From: Promethearchaeota archaeon
Lineage (GTDB): Archaea > Asgardarchaeota > Lokiarchaeia > Sigyniarchaeales > SOKP01
Direction of reading: 5' to 3'
Length of the DNA: 64,000 nt
NCBI GenBank assembly: GCA_048937405.1
Contig: JBHLNF010000001.1
Coordinates: forward strand, 848,785 to 912,784
In this document: in pieces, positions 50,681 to 61,481 of the stretch
Numbering within the stretch: position 1 is the first letter of the stretch
How the letters are laid out: each line of letters begins with the position of its first letter
The notes under the pieces: model-generated
Databases searched by the model: none
What the model saw: the letters and a program-made list of their open reading frames with translations, nothing else
Told to the model about the DNA's origin: nothing
Position numbers and translations under genes: made by a program

Positions 50681-51679
50681 ATGAAGAAAATTAGAAATGA
50701 TTATTTTGAAGATCTTCCTTCAAATGATAAATTTGAAGTTCCTCATTCAAAAAAGGCATATAATGAGGCTTTGGATCTTTCTAGTGAGATCTTGAAAAAC
50801 ATTGAGTTGAGTGAAATTTCTCTAGCCTTAATTGCATTAAAAACTATTCGACTCACACGTTTATTAAATGATTTTGAGATGGTGAGGATTATGGAATTGG
50901 AAATCTCTGGATATCCAAAAATTGATGTTTACGAAGAAAATATTGAATTCCGTGAATTAGAAAGATTGGCAAGATTTGCAGGAAGGATAAATTTAGAAAT
51001 AAATGGATTTTTAAACTTTATTCCAGATGCAATAGAAAAATTAGAGAATGAGAAAAAAATTATAAGTAAGAGAATTGACACAGCAAGCGATTTAGATGAG
51101 CGTAATAAGTTACAAAAAAGATTTCAGGATGTCTCAGAAATATTAGCACATCGGCGAAAATTTATTCATGAATATATTACAAAAACCTACTTAGAACTAA
51201 ACTATTCTACCATAACTGAAGATATCTTTAGTGTGATAAAACAAAATGTTGATCAAAAAATAGGAGAAATAGTTCCTAAATCTATTGAGAAATTTGTTGC
51301 TATATATGAAAATCTCACTTCTAAAAATCCTGAAAATTGGTCAAACGCAGTACATAGTTGTCGAAGAATTCTGAAGGACTTAGCAGATGCTATTTATCCT
51401 CCAACTATGAATATCAAGAAAGGGATAGATGGGAAATCTCATGAACTTGGTGAGGAACAATATATCAATAGAATTATTGAATTTATTACTCAAAAAAGTA
51501 AATCAGAAACCTATATTAAAATAGTAGGATCGCATCTTAGATTTATAGGGGATCGTTTGAAAAGTATTTTAGAGGGTTCTCATAAGGGTACTCATACAAA
51601 CATTACAGACAGAGAGGAAGCAAATCGCATCGTGGTTTATACTTATCTCCTCTTAGGTGACATTCTTAGCTTAGTATAA
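50681..51679 (+). CDS. AbiTii-like N-terminal domain protein
   Basis: LK..RL.RLLND......LEISGY; helical C-terminus with AVHSCRRILKDLAD and SHKGTH. Confidence 0.65.
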   Translation: MKKIRNDYFEDLPSNDKFEVPHSKKAYNEALDLSSEILKNIELSEISLALIALKTIRLTRLLNDFEMVRIMELEISGYPKIDVYEENIEFRELERLARFAGRINLEINGFLNFIPDAIEKLENEKKIISKRIDTASDLDERNKLQKRFQDVSEILAHRRKFIHEYITKTYLELNYSTITEDIFSVIKQNVDQKIGEIVPKSIEKFVAIYENLTSKNPENWSNAVHSCRRILKDLADAIYPPTMNIKKGIDGKSHELGEEQYINRIIEFITQKSKSETYIKIVGSHLRFIGDRLKSILEGSHKGTHTNITDREEANRIVVYTYLLLGDILSLV

Positions 51680-51697
51680 AGCTTGATGAAGTTCTAA

Positions 51698-53158
51698 TTA
51701 CCCTTCTAAGATTTGGATTTTTACATCTTCTAAATAGGAATACCAATCTTCATTCGACTGGAACTTTTTATTAACCCATATTTTTAATAGATACCATAGA
51801 AACTCTTTAAAATTAATTTGAATTTCTTCCATTAATCTTCCATGATAATAAATCTGAGGAATCCCATCATATAGAAATTCAGGTTGGAAATCGGGTTCTT
51901 TTATTTCTTCTGGATGAGCAATGTTATTTCGTACTGTAAAAGCATCGTTAAGGAATTTCTCTAAATTTTCTTCATATTTATTGTTAATATCAAAGTGAAT
52001 CCACTTCTTACTTTCTATCTCACTCATTTTTTTAAAAACTTTGATAACAGGTTCACGCTTATTTCTTGTATTTCCAACCAAATCTACACCAATGGACTTT
52101 TTATATAACAATCCTTCAAACGTGGATACTAAAATGAATACCTTTAAATCAGCATATTGAATGTTATTCAGCGTACGGATAGTGTTTACTGCATATCGAA
52201 AAATTCGCTTTGATTCTGATTCTCGATCATCCCCATAAAAAGCATGATAGTACCACTCATAATGCGATTGCCAATTAGATTTCCAAAAGATCCATGTATC
52301 AGTGTCATACATTCGTAAATAAGCGTTTGGACGGGGAAATGAATAATGAATGTATCCCTTTACAAATGGAAAATAATCTGAAAAAGCTGGAAGTTTCACC
52401 CAATAATAATGACTTATTGAAAATGGAAAAAATTCATGGCGATCTGAATATAACATAAAGAAATCTGGAATGCTAAGCACTATCTCGTCAAATTCTTCTT
52501 TTCCATTAGGATCTAAGGGATAATATGGCATCGCTGTATAAGGTTCCTCATCGTAAAATCTTTTTGTTTTGTTATAAGAGACTTCGATGCTTGTTGTTGC
52601 ATCTTTAGCCCATTTCTGCTCTTCCTTGCGTTTTGACCAAAAAAATGGAGGATTTCTGAAATCTTTAATATCATAGGGCACTTCATTATCCGCAATATTG
52701 ATAAAAATATGATTAATATCGAGCGAAAGGCTTTTTACATCCTTTAGTATAATATTAAATGCGGGGATGAGAATTTGGTAAGAAAAATAATCGGGAATGA
52801 GAACCTCGGACTCTAATAAAACATACTGTGAATGGAAATGGTCCTTAAGTCCCTGATTAGCTTTTAATTCTGCTTTCTGCATTTTTGTTATTTTTATTGA
52901 TTGATTCTGACAATATATATACATATTTCCTAAAAAATGCATCAAATAAACAGGAAGAATGTTAAATTCTTCACCTGCAACTGCTCTCCATTGAAATTTT
53001 CCAATTTCAGAAGTCTGAGTTAAATTCTCAACGTATTTTTGCCCAATTTTTTCATTAAAGATTTTACTTTCATAACCCCTTTCGAAATTTGCGAGATAAT
53101 GCTGTACTAATTTCCATGTTTCTTCTTTTATTTTTGGTAATTCTACTAAATTTGTCAT
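51698..53158 (-). CDS. HEPN-domain (ApeA-like) protein
   Basis: LVSTFEGLL and Rx4H motif RNNIAH near the C-terminus. Confidence 0.65.
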   Translation of the reverse strand: MTNLVELPKIKEETWKLVQHYLANFERGYESKIFNEKIGQKYVENLTQTSEIGKFQWRAVAGEEFNILPVYLMHFLGNMYIYCQNQSIKITKMQKAELKANQGLKDHFHSQYVLLESEVLIPDYFSYQILIPAFNIILKDVKSLSLDINHIFINIADNEVPYDIKDFRNPPFFWSKRKEEQKWAKDATTSIEVSYNKTKRFYDEEPYTAMPYYPLDPNGKEEFDEIVLSIPDFFMLYSDRHEFFPFSISHYYWVKLPAFSDYFPFVKGYIHYSFPRPNAYLRMYDTDTWIFWKSNWQSHYEWYYHAFYGDDRESESKRIFRYAVNTIRTLNNIQYADLKVFILVSTFEGLLYKKSIGVDLVGNTRNKREPVIKVFKKMSEIESKKWIHFDINNKYEENLEKFLNDAFTVRNNIAHPEEIKEPDFQPEFLYDGIPQIYYHGRLMEEIQINFKEFLWYLLKIWVNKKFQSNEDWYSYLEDVKIQILEG

Positions 53159-53197
53159 TTTACTAAGGCTCTAGTGATTTTATTCTTAATTAAGTGA

Positions 53198-54397
53198 TCA
53201 TAATATTCTACTAATCTGACTATATAATCTTTCGGCATCTTTATTAGTCTTGCCATAAGCGTTTAATACTGGTTCATATAACCTTTTAATTACCTCTAAT
53301 TTACCCGTTGAAAGTTCCCCTATATTTACAATAACTTTTATAGTATCAAGGTTTAACTGCCTAGGATTAGAGGGAGGTTGTAGAAGTGACCAGCTTGAAA
53401 TTCCCATAATTTTCAATTGAATAGTTATTTCTCCAAAATAGAGAAAATTTTTGTACAATTCATGTAAAAAGTCAAAAAATCCCAAATAATAATTAGATAG
53501 ATATACCAAATTTAATTTTTGTTTTTGAGTCAATTCCTCCTGAGAATCAAATGGAACTTCATATCTCAAATTATAAATTATTATTCCATCTTTATGAATT
53601 AAAATATTTTTAAGTCGTTTTGATTCAGAATCGTAAATATAATCTTTCTGTCTAACAATAGGAGTTCCTTCAAACAATTCATCAGTTTTATTCGAATTTA
53701 GAAATAATTTTTTCGTAAGAAAACTAAGAATATCATCATTAAATATCGTTTTTCTAATATCTATAGGTCTAATTATTAAAAAAGTGCTTAAGATTAAATT
53801 TCCATGAGTATCCTTGCCATCAGTGAAGGTATAACCACTTAAATAATTATTTCGACGCAGATAATCTAAAAATTCTCTCTCAATGGAACCTACTAAATCG
53901 TCTTTTTCTTTCTCAAGTGTAAAAAAAGAATCAAAAGCTTGCTCAATTTCACTGTTCACCATAGGACTTGAAGTAAATTCTGTCCGTTTATAATATTTTT
54001 TATAACCTTTGGCTTGATGGATTCGAGGGTATTTTTTTGGTATAAATAATACATAGACATGACCTTCTATTTCATCAGTTTTAACTGGGATAGGAAATAT
54101 TCTTATATTTAATGGTGGATCTATTCCATCCTTAGTAATTAAATCGATTCTTTCTCTTACATCAGTTTGTAATATCGGAGTAATCTTCTTAGGTAGATGT
54201 TCTTTTTCATCAATACCATATATAATATTTCCACCATCTGAATTCGCAAAGGCTGAAATATCTTTTGCGATTTCGTTATTGTTCCCACTGACTTCTCTTT
54301 TATAATCTAGATGATGACTTTCTTGGATTTGATTTTTAATCAAACTTTCAAGATATTCTTGATTAGTGTTTTCGAAATCATTAGGTGTGATTAACAT
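53198..54397 (-). CDS. Schlafen/AlbA_2-domain protein
   Basis: ESHHLDYK...KDISAFANSDGGNIIYGIDE, YYKR. Confidence 0.85.
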   Translation of the reverse strand: MLITPNDFENTNQEYLESLIKNQIQESHHLDYKREVSGNNNEIAKDISAFANSDGGNIIYGIDEKEHLPKKITPILQTDVRERIDLITKDGIDPPLNIRIFPIPVKTDEIEGHVYVLFIPKKYPRIHQAKGYKKYYKRTEFTSSPMVNSEIEQAFDSFFTLEKEKDDLVGSIEREFLDYLRRNNYLSGYTFTDGKDTHGNLILSTFLIIRPIDIRKTIFNDDILSFLTKKLFLNSNKTDELFEGTPIVRQKDYIYDSESKRLKNILIHKDGIIIYNLRYEVPFDSQEELTQKQKLNLVYLSNYYLGFFDFLHELYKNFLYFGEITIQLKIMGISSWSLLQPPSNPRQLNLDTIKVIVNIGELSTGKLEVIKRLYEPVLNAYGKTNKDAERLYSQISRIL

Positions 54398-54915
54398 AAA
54401 AATTACCCTGAAAATACTTTTATCCTTAAATTTGGATTAATAACCTTATATTAGATTATTTCTGATAATTTAAAAGATTGTCCAATCTTTTGTACCAAAT
54501 GAATCCCAAAGAAATAGGATTCAAAAGCCATATCTTGAAATTAAATTTTGTTTTCTTTATAATTTTATTTATATATTCATCATTCAAGCCGAAATTTAAA
54601 GTTTGAAGGTAAAATGAAAAACTAATTTTCTAAATGAGATTAAAAACGCTTATTTAAAGAGTTAAACTTTGTTCCATCTGTTAATTCCGAAATTATTAAA
54701 TAGAAAAGTCTAGTTATATATCCGATTTTTAAATATTTAGCATTTCCTAATTTGTTGCTTATCTTATTGAATATTTCATTCTTAATGGAACTATTCTAGG
54801 AGGGGACAACAGGGGGAAGGGAAAAAAAAGAAAGATTATTCCTTCAATTAGTCTAGTAATTGGAGTTAAATTGGAAAAATGTGTTTTATAAGTCTAATTT
54901 TATCAAAATCTGAGT

Positions 54916-55833
54916 TTAAAAAGGATTTGGGGAATACCTTCCTCCCCCTGATCTCTTCATATCAGATAAACTAAAGATGACTAGACTATGTGAGTGGAAA
55001 AGCCGTTGATCTTCAAGAGCTTGACAAAGTTTTTGTAGAAAACTAATAATACCTTTAATTTGATTTTCTATTGTCAAATCATTAAAGAATCCTTCTCTAA
55101 ATCCCTCTTCTTGCCACATTTGGTTTTCATGCAAGATTATAGGGTAATCTTTAATAAGTTTAGAAGGAAAAAATTGGGGCCAGCGAGGATTATATGGTAT
55201 TTTTCCCCCATATTTTTTTGAGAAATCTACTATACCACTTACTTTATATGGAAGATCCCAATTCAATAATAATCCCTTCCGCATTATATAGAGATAATCA
55301 AATCGTTCACTTGGTTTGATGTCATTCTCAGTTACTACTTTTGTTATATTTTTTAATATTGAACCAAATTTCTTCCAGATTGTATCATACGCGAAAATAA
55401 AACAAAGTGGGGGATGAACCTGCCACCTTGGATCACCATCTAATCTTTTAAAAAAATTCATTCTTCTTAAATCTCTTATTTTTAGAAGGATTTCTTTTAA
55501 ATTTTTATTACTTAAGGTTGTTTTTACTTCAATACACATTGCAACACTCTCAATAAGAAAATATTCCGTTTCTGAATATATACGAGGGTATTTGGTTGAA
55601 TTCCAAATAACTATATCTTGCTCAGTTGATTCATTTCCATCTCGATCAAGTAATACCTTACTTCTAGCCAAATCAAATTTTCCAGGTAAAAACGATTTTA
55701 GGAAGTTGATGAGAACATCCTCATTTTCTCTTCCTTTTATACCCTGATGATTATAAAGAGAATTTAATTCACTAACTCTATTATTAAATTTATCATAAAT
55801 ATATTCCCAAAGGCGATTCTTCTTTGATTTCAT
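54916..55833 (-). CDS. DUF6602-like PD-(D/E)xK nuclease
   Basis: H.G.KG..NE..L..FL..FLP, S.EQDIVI, IEVKTTL. Confidence 0.7.
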   Translation of the reverse strand: MKSKKNRLWEYIYDKFNNRVSELNSLYNHQGIKGRENEDVLINFLKSFLPGKFDLARSKVLLDRDGNESTEQDIVIWNSTKYPRIYSETEYFLIESVAMCIEVKTTLSNKNLKEILLKIRDLRRMNFFKRLDGDPRWQVHPPLCFIFAYDTIWKKFGSILKNITKVVTENDIKPSERFDYLYIMRKGLLLNWDLPYKVSGIVDFSKKYGGKIPYNPRWPQFFPSKLIKDYPIILHENQMWQEEGFREGFFNDLTIENQIKGIISFLQKLCQALEDQRLFHSHSLVIFSLSDMKRSGGGRYSPNPF

Positions 55834-56065
55834 AAAATCCTCCTTACGTAAAACCTATATATAGTATTTGGATCAAAATAATTTAAATTTTGTATTGTTT
55901 TAAATATATTTAAAATCCATTCTACTACTACTTTTTTCATGAGGGGATACATAAAGTGGATTGAAGTGAATTATCATGGAAAATTAGGAAAAAGATATAT
56001 TTCTGGTTTGTCTATTATTTGTAAGACAAAAAATTTAAAAAAGTAATAATAAGATTTTTGCTATA

Positions 56066-56866
56066 ATGAGTAATTCTGAAAAAATAAAGAAGAAAAAAAA
56101 AAAGGCATTAAGAAGTTTATATCAAAGAATTCAGAGAGAAGCAGAGAATGTAATTAATCAATGTCTAGCTTCCTCATCTAAAATAAAATACGCCCAACAA
56201 GCAGCGCCTAGGGAAATAATGATTAGATTATTAGATGAATATAATATAAATTTAAAATTTGTAGAAGAAGCTACAGAATGTAATTTTTTATTTAAAATCC
56301 AACCTTCAAATGATACATGGGATATGTTTGGACAATTATATAGGTTGGTGACAGAGTGTGAAAAAATAGTCCATATATTAGAGGAAGAAAAAACAGATAA
56401 AGGGATAACTCAAAAATTCATAAATCAATTAAAATCATTGAAAGATGATATTGAAAAAGAAAATATAATCGACTATGCTATAAAAAAGAATCTCGAAAAA
56501 TCTATTGATCTTTTTGAAAGAGGAGAAATAATATGTTCAGCTTTATTTTCAAGTAGAGTTATTTCATATACAATTGATCAATTTACTATTGATAAGAAAT
56601 TAATAGAGGAGAATGATGCTAAAAAAAAAAAAGAGAATTTTATTAACTTAATCATAAAAGATTGCATTAATAAAGGATTAATCGCAAAAGATAATAAAAA
56701 TTATATTAATAATTTACTCCAATTCATAAAGTTAGCTAGAAATAAATTAACTCACAATGTTTTATTTTTTCCTGAAGCAGCTGAATGTTTAGGCATTTTA
56801 TCCAATTCAATAGAATTAATCAAATTAAAAAATAAATTTGATGATTATCTTTCAAGAAAGGATTAA
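56066..56866 (+). CDS. Putative HEPN-like protein
   Basis: Helical protein with RNKLTH (Rx4H) near the C-terminus. Confidence 0.5.
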   Translation: MSNSEKIKKKKKKALRSLYQRIQREAENVINQCLASSSKIKYAQQAAPREIMIRLLDEYNINLKFVEEATECNFLFKIQPSNDTWDMFGQLYRLVTECEKIVHILEEEKTDKGITQKFINQLKSLKDDIEKENIIDYAIKKNLEKSIDLFERGEIICSALFSSRVISYTIDQFTIDKKLIEENDAKKKKENFINLIIKDCINKGLIAKDNKNYINNLLQFIKLARNKLTHNVLFFPEAAECLGILSNSIELIKLKNKFDDYLSRKD

Positions 56867-57689
56867 ACATTCAATCTCTTTATTCTTATAATTTCGAAGA
56901 TCATCTTTTTTACAATCATAGAATTAGACTTGGTAACAACTTTTAAGTTGTTAATTTATCCAATATAAATAAGGTTATTAATACTATTAAATCTCTACAA
57001 CTAAGGTTTACATATTTGGAATATAGTTCAATACAATAATTTAAGAAAGAAACTTTGTAGCAATCATTGAGAATGTGGATTAAAAATATATTGATTTATT
57101 AGATAAAACTAAATATGCAAGGAATATTAATTGTCATTTGTACTTCAATTCATACCATTATTGATAAAAGAAAGAGGAAATTAACCTACTTCTAAAAAAT
57201 TAAAAATTATATTGTAAAATCTTTGTGATAAAGAGATCGAATTATATGAAGAGTTTATAAAAATATTAATTTTTTAATTATCCTTTTTTTCAAAGGAATT
57301 TTCATTGAAATCAGACTCTGAATTTACCTTTAGTATTATGTAATAAAAAATAAATATTAGTTATAAAATGAAAAAAATTAATTAAAGTTAAAAATTAAAA
57401 TAATGAGGAATTATTTGGAAAAATAAGAAAACCTAAATTTCAAATAATAATTATATATTGAATAAGCATCTTTTTTCTTTATTAGATTTAAAGAGTCTTT
57501 CCTATTATAATAAAATTTTTCTATTTCTCGGATTGCTTATACTACTATAAGGTATTTAGAGATTTTGAAAAAAAATATAGATTTTTAAAAACAATTGCAT
57601 AAATATTTATTGAGATGTATTATGTTTTAGATCCAAATAATAATTCATAATATAAAATATATTTTAGTTAATAAAATAAGGGTAGATGG

Positions 57690-59564
57690 ATGAATCAAAA
57701 TGAAAAAAAGGGATTAGATTCAAGAGATATGCATAACAGAGTTCTAAAGAAAAATTCTGAATATTATTGCACTAATAATTTCAAAAAATGCCATGATCAA
57801 AATAATACAATTAATAATTTTAATGAAAATGCTCAATTTCAAGAATATAATATTCTCAATAATAAAATTTTAAACTACACTATAAATCCGAATTTTACTT
57901 GCGAAGAAATGAATATAATTCATTACATACTTGAAGAAGCTGAAAATAAAAATATAAAATTAAAAGTATTCAAAAGAATAATTTCAGAAGAGCCTCCTTC
58001 AGGAGGTGAAAGAATTGCTTTAAATAAAGCAATATCCATACTGAAAAATCTCATTGACGAAGGAAGATTACCGATATATAGTAAGATAGATGAAATAGTA
58101 AGTCCTTATAAAGAAATTCTCGGAGATTATATTAATAAAGATCACCCTGAATTTGAATTTTATACTAATCAAACAAATAAGAAATATGTTCAAATCATCT
58201 ATGAAATTATAGCATTATTTGGAATGGGGACAACTACAGATACATACATAGGACATACTGCATTTAATAAGAAGGAAAGAATGATCGCCCATTTACGTGA
58301 ATCTTTAAAGCTATTTGTTGAAATTTATGAATTAAAAACACAAAATTCAATAATTGATTGGTTAGATGTCAAAAAAGATTCTCCATTAAAATCAGTTGAT
58401 TATTATCCTCCAAGATTCATTTTAAAAACATTCTTAGAAGGTTTAAAGAGACTTAAGGGTTTTAATAGTATTAAGGAACTTTACACATTTTCAAGAGGTA
58501 TTATTTCAGCTAAAAATGATTCAACTATTCAAGCCGAATGTGAAGAAATAGTAAATGAATTACTAGAAAATAAATTGATTGCAATGAATATACTAGAAGT
58601 TCACTTTTCTACTAAATTCGTATATGAAAATGAAAATTGGTATAAACTTCCACAGAATTATAAAAAAAAAGGGACTGTCTATCCAGAAGGATTAAATATG
58701 CATAACAATATAGAAGGCAAATCAGATTATAGAATGATACCTTTGTATGATACATCTTTCTTAATTTCTATAGGATATAAACCACCAATTATTGTAGGAA
58801 TACTCAACGAAGTGTATGGAGAAGATTTTAATGAGGTGCTAATTAGAACTAGATTGAATGAATCTTTTAATAATTCTCATTATAAAGAATTATTAAAATG
58901 TGTTTTTGAAGAAGTTTTGGAGAAAAAGCTAACTCTTAATCGGAAATTAATTACAAAAGCAATTAATCGTGGACAAGACTTTTTTTTTAGTGATGAATTT
59001 AAACAATGGTATGGAGAATCCGTTTCATTAAAAGAATTAAAGAAAGTTTTGAGAAGCAAAAAAATACATAATGAAGAATTCAATTGGGATAATATTCAAA
59101 AAGAAATTAATGATTATTATGAAAATAAGCTAATAAAAGGAATTCCTAAATCGCAATGGATTAGTTGGTTTATTGATAAAAGAATCGGAATGGATGATAT
59201 CGGTGAAAAAGCTGGTTACTCTGATGGACGGAGCTTTAGTAATCACTTCTGGAAACTTAATCGTGTTCAAGAAATTTTTGGAGTCTCAAGTATGAGAGAA
59301 GCAGTTGTAAAATATAGACGTAAAAGAGTTATTAAAGAATTAAAAAAGGGACAAACTATTTCAATCAACACTTTAGAAAGAATTTTTGTAGATATCTTTG
59401 GTTATAGAACAAAACAAAATTATTATAAATCTAGTTATTATTGGGCAATTATGAGTAGAGTGTTTAGAGAAATCTTCCCTGAATTTGATAATAACGATAA
59501 TTTATCTCCCAAACAATATCTTCAAGATTTGGTTTTTAAAATTTCATTGGGAGAATTTAAATAA
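57690..59564 (+). CDS. Large protein with a putative GIY-YIG nuclease domain
   Basis: IIY...YIGHT....ERM..H, later ENENWY and YPEGLN. Confidence 0.5.
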   Translation: MNQNEKKGLDSRDMHNRVLKKNSEYYCTNNFKKCHDQNNTINNFNENAQFQEYNILNNKILNYTINPNFTCEEMNIIHYILEEAENKNIKLKVFKRIISEEPPSGGERIALNKAISILKNLIDEGRLPIYSKIDEIVSPYKEILGDYINKDHPEFEFYTNQTNKKYVQIIYEIIALFGMGTTTDTYIGHTAFNKKERMIAHLRESLKLFVEIYELKTQNSIIDWLDVKKDSPLKSVDYYPPRFILKTFLEGLKRLKGFNSIKELYTFSRGIISAKNDSTIQAECEEIVNELLENKLIAMNILEVHFSTKFVYENENWYKLPQNYKKKGTVYPEGLNMHNNIEGKSDYRMIPLYDTSFLISIGYKPPIIVGILNEVYGEDFNEVLIRTRLNESFNNSHYKELLKCVFEEVLEKKLTLNRKLITKAINRGQDFFFSDEFKQWYGESVSLKELKKVLRSKKIHNEEFNWDNIQKEINDYYENKLIKGIPKSQWISWFIDKRIGMDDIGEKAGYSDGRSFSNHFWKLNRVQEIFGVSSMREAVVKYRRKRVIKELKKGQTISINTLERIFVDIFGYRTKQNYYKSSYYWAIMSRVFREIFPEFDNNDNLSPKQYLQDLVFKISLGEFK

Positions 59565-59693
59565 AAATTTTATTGAAATTTAATTTAAAACGCTAAAAAT
59601 ATATAAAAATAATTTGGAATGATATCTTTAATTATATTAATATTTATAAAATTAAATGTTTAGGATTTAATACTATATTATTAATTAAATATA

Positions 59694-60671
59694 ATGATGG
59701 ATAAAGTAGACAATCTTCCATGGGTTGAGAAGTATCGACCTAGAATACTAGATGATGTAGTAAATCAAGTGGGAATTATAAAAAGATTAAAACAATTTGT
59801 TAAAGACAAATCTATGCCTCATCTTATTTTTGCAGGTCCCGCAGGGACGGGAAAGACAACTTCTGCGTTAGCTATGGTAAGAGAATTATATGGGAGGAAG
59901 ATGGCAGTTAATAGGACATATTTAGAATTAAATGCTAGTGATGCTCGTGGAATTGATGTGATCAGGACTTTTATAAAAGATTTTGCAAAAGCACGACCTC
60001 CTGTGGATATTGCTTTTAAAGTATTAATATTAGATGAAGCGGATAACATGACGGCTCCCGCCCAACAAGCCTTAAGGAGAACTATGGAAAAATATACTAA
60101 GAACTGTCGGATGGTTTTAATTTGTAATTATTCAAATAAAATAATCCCTCCAATTCAATCTAGATGTGTAGTGTTTAGATTTGCTTCTTTAAATGCTGAT
60201 GATATTAAAAATAGGATAAAATATGTAGCACAACAAGAAAAAATTACGTTAATTCCTGGAGGATTAAATGCAATAGTAAATGTTTCTCAGGGTGATTGTA
60301 GAAGAGCAATTAATTATTTACAATCTTGTGGTACAATTTCTAAAAAAATAGATGAAGAAATTGTTTTTCGTGTTGCTGGAGAGGTTCCTCCTGAAAAGAT
60401 TAAAGAAATTTTAAATACTGCTATACAAGGACAACTATCCTTATCGATTAAACTTTTAAATGAATTGATTAAAGAATATGGACTTTCAGGACAAAACATC
60501 ATAAAAAATTTGCATAGAGAAATTTATGATTTAAACATAAAAGAAACTTTAAAAATAGAATTGTCAAAATTATTAGCTGAATTTGAATATCGGTTAAGCC
60601 AGGGTGGTACTGAAGAGATTCAACTTCAAGCTTTAATAGCTAAAATTGTCTTGCTGCAAAACCTTGAATAG
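59694..60671 (+). CDS. rfcS: Replication factor C small subunit
   Basis: PWVEKYRP, GPAGTGKT, ELNASD, LDEAD, SRC. Confidence 0.97.
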   Translation: MMDKVDNLPWVEKYRPRILDDVVNQVGIIKRLKQFVKDKSMPHLIFAGPAGTGKTTSALAMVRELYGRKMAVNRTYLELNASDARGIDVIRTFIKDFAKARPPVDIAFKVLILDEADNMTAPAQQALRRTMEKYTKNCRMVLICNYSNKIIPPIQSRCVVFRFASLNADDIKNRIKYVAQQEKITLIPGGLNAIVNVSQGDCRRAINYLQSCGTISKKIDEEIVFRVAGEVPPEKIKEILNTAIQGQLSLSIKLLNELIKEYGLSGQNIIKNLHREIYDLNIKETLKIELSKLLAEFEYRLSQGGTEEIQLQALIAKIVLLQNLE

Positions 60672-61481
60672 ATTATATTTAAGGCCAAATTTGATCTCTT
60701 TTTGTGAGAAAAAAGCATTCATTCTACTCTTAGATTTTAAATCTTCAATAAATTTAATCTTATCATTATATTTAATATCCCAAAGAATTAATCCTCTGGG
60801 ATCTGCTGGTTGGTATGAATAAATTTTTGATGGATCGAATAGTTTGAGAAAATCTTCATAAAGAATTGTACCCATTCCTAACTCTAAAACTTTTTTAATT
60901 ATTCTTCTGATTTGTTGTCTAAGAAACGATTTACTTATAAATTGAAATATTAAATGATCATTTTGAATTGAAAGTATTACAGAATCCATATCTCTCACAG
61001 TATTTATGATTTCCGTTGTTGATTTTGAGAAATTAGAGAAATTGTGTCTCCCTTTCAATTGTAAACATGCTTTTTCCATAATATTGATATTTATATCTGA
61101 AGTCTTTTGAAGTATAGAAACTGGTACAGGCACAATATATATGTAATGTCTTAAGATAGCGCTATTTCTAGATGAGAATGCTAATGGTACTTTTGTATAA
61201 GCCCAAAAACCTATTTCCCTTGGCAATACACTGTTAATTTCCATTAATATTGGTTTTTTTTCAATAATACATGTGAAACATGCCCCTCGAGCAGATACAA
61301 GTCTGTCAGTTCTACTAGCAAATTCAAATTCTGAATTGCTACCTTTTTGAATGTATCCTCTATTCATTAAGGCAGATAGGATTGATTGCTCAATTGTTAA
61401 AAAATTAGGTTGCCTTTGAGAACCATAATATTTTTTTTTTCCAATATAGTATATTTTAAAGAGATATTTAGATTTTGCCAT
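60633..61481 (-). CDS. truA: tRNA pseudouridine(38-40) synthase
   Basis: YGSQRQP, SRTD, HNFSNF, SFLRQQIR; 39-nt convergent overlap with rfcS. Confidence 0.9.
   Translation of the reverse strand: MAKSKYLFKIYYIGKKKYYGSQRQPNFLTIEQSILSALMNRGYIQKGSNSEFEFASRTDRLVSARGACFTCIIEKKPILMEINSVLPREIGFWAYTKVPLAFSSRNSAILRHYIYIVPVPVSILQKTSDININIMEKACLQLKGRHNFSNFSKSTTEIINTVRDMDSVILSIQNDHLIFQFISKSFLRQQIRRIIKKVLELGMGTILYEDFLKLFDPSKIYSYQPADPRGLILWDIKYNDKIKFIEDLKSKSRMNAFFSQKEIKFGLKYNLFKVLQQDNFSY

Noticed and set aside
55939-56046. 35-codon ORF MRGYIKWIEV...
   Set aside because: Too short, with no motif support
56867-57689. Hidden gene, tRNA or att site in the long spacer
   Set aside because: No sustained ORF, cloverleaf or flanking repeat recognised; may be decayed coding DNA
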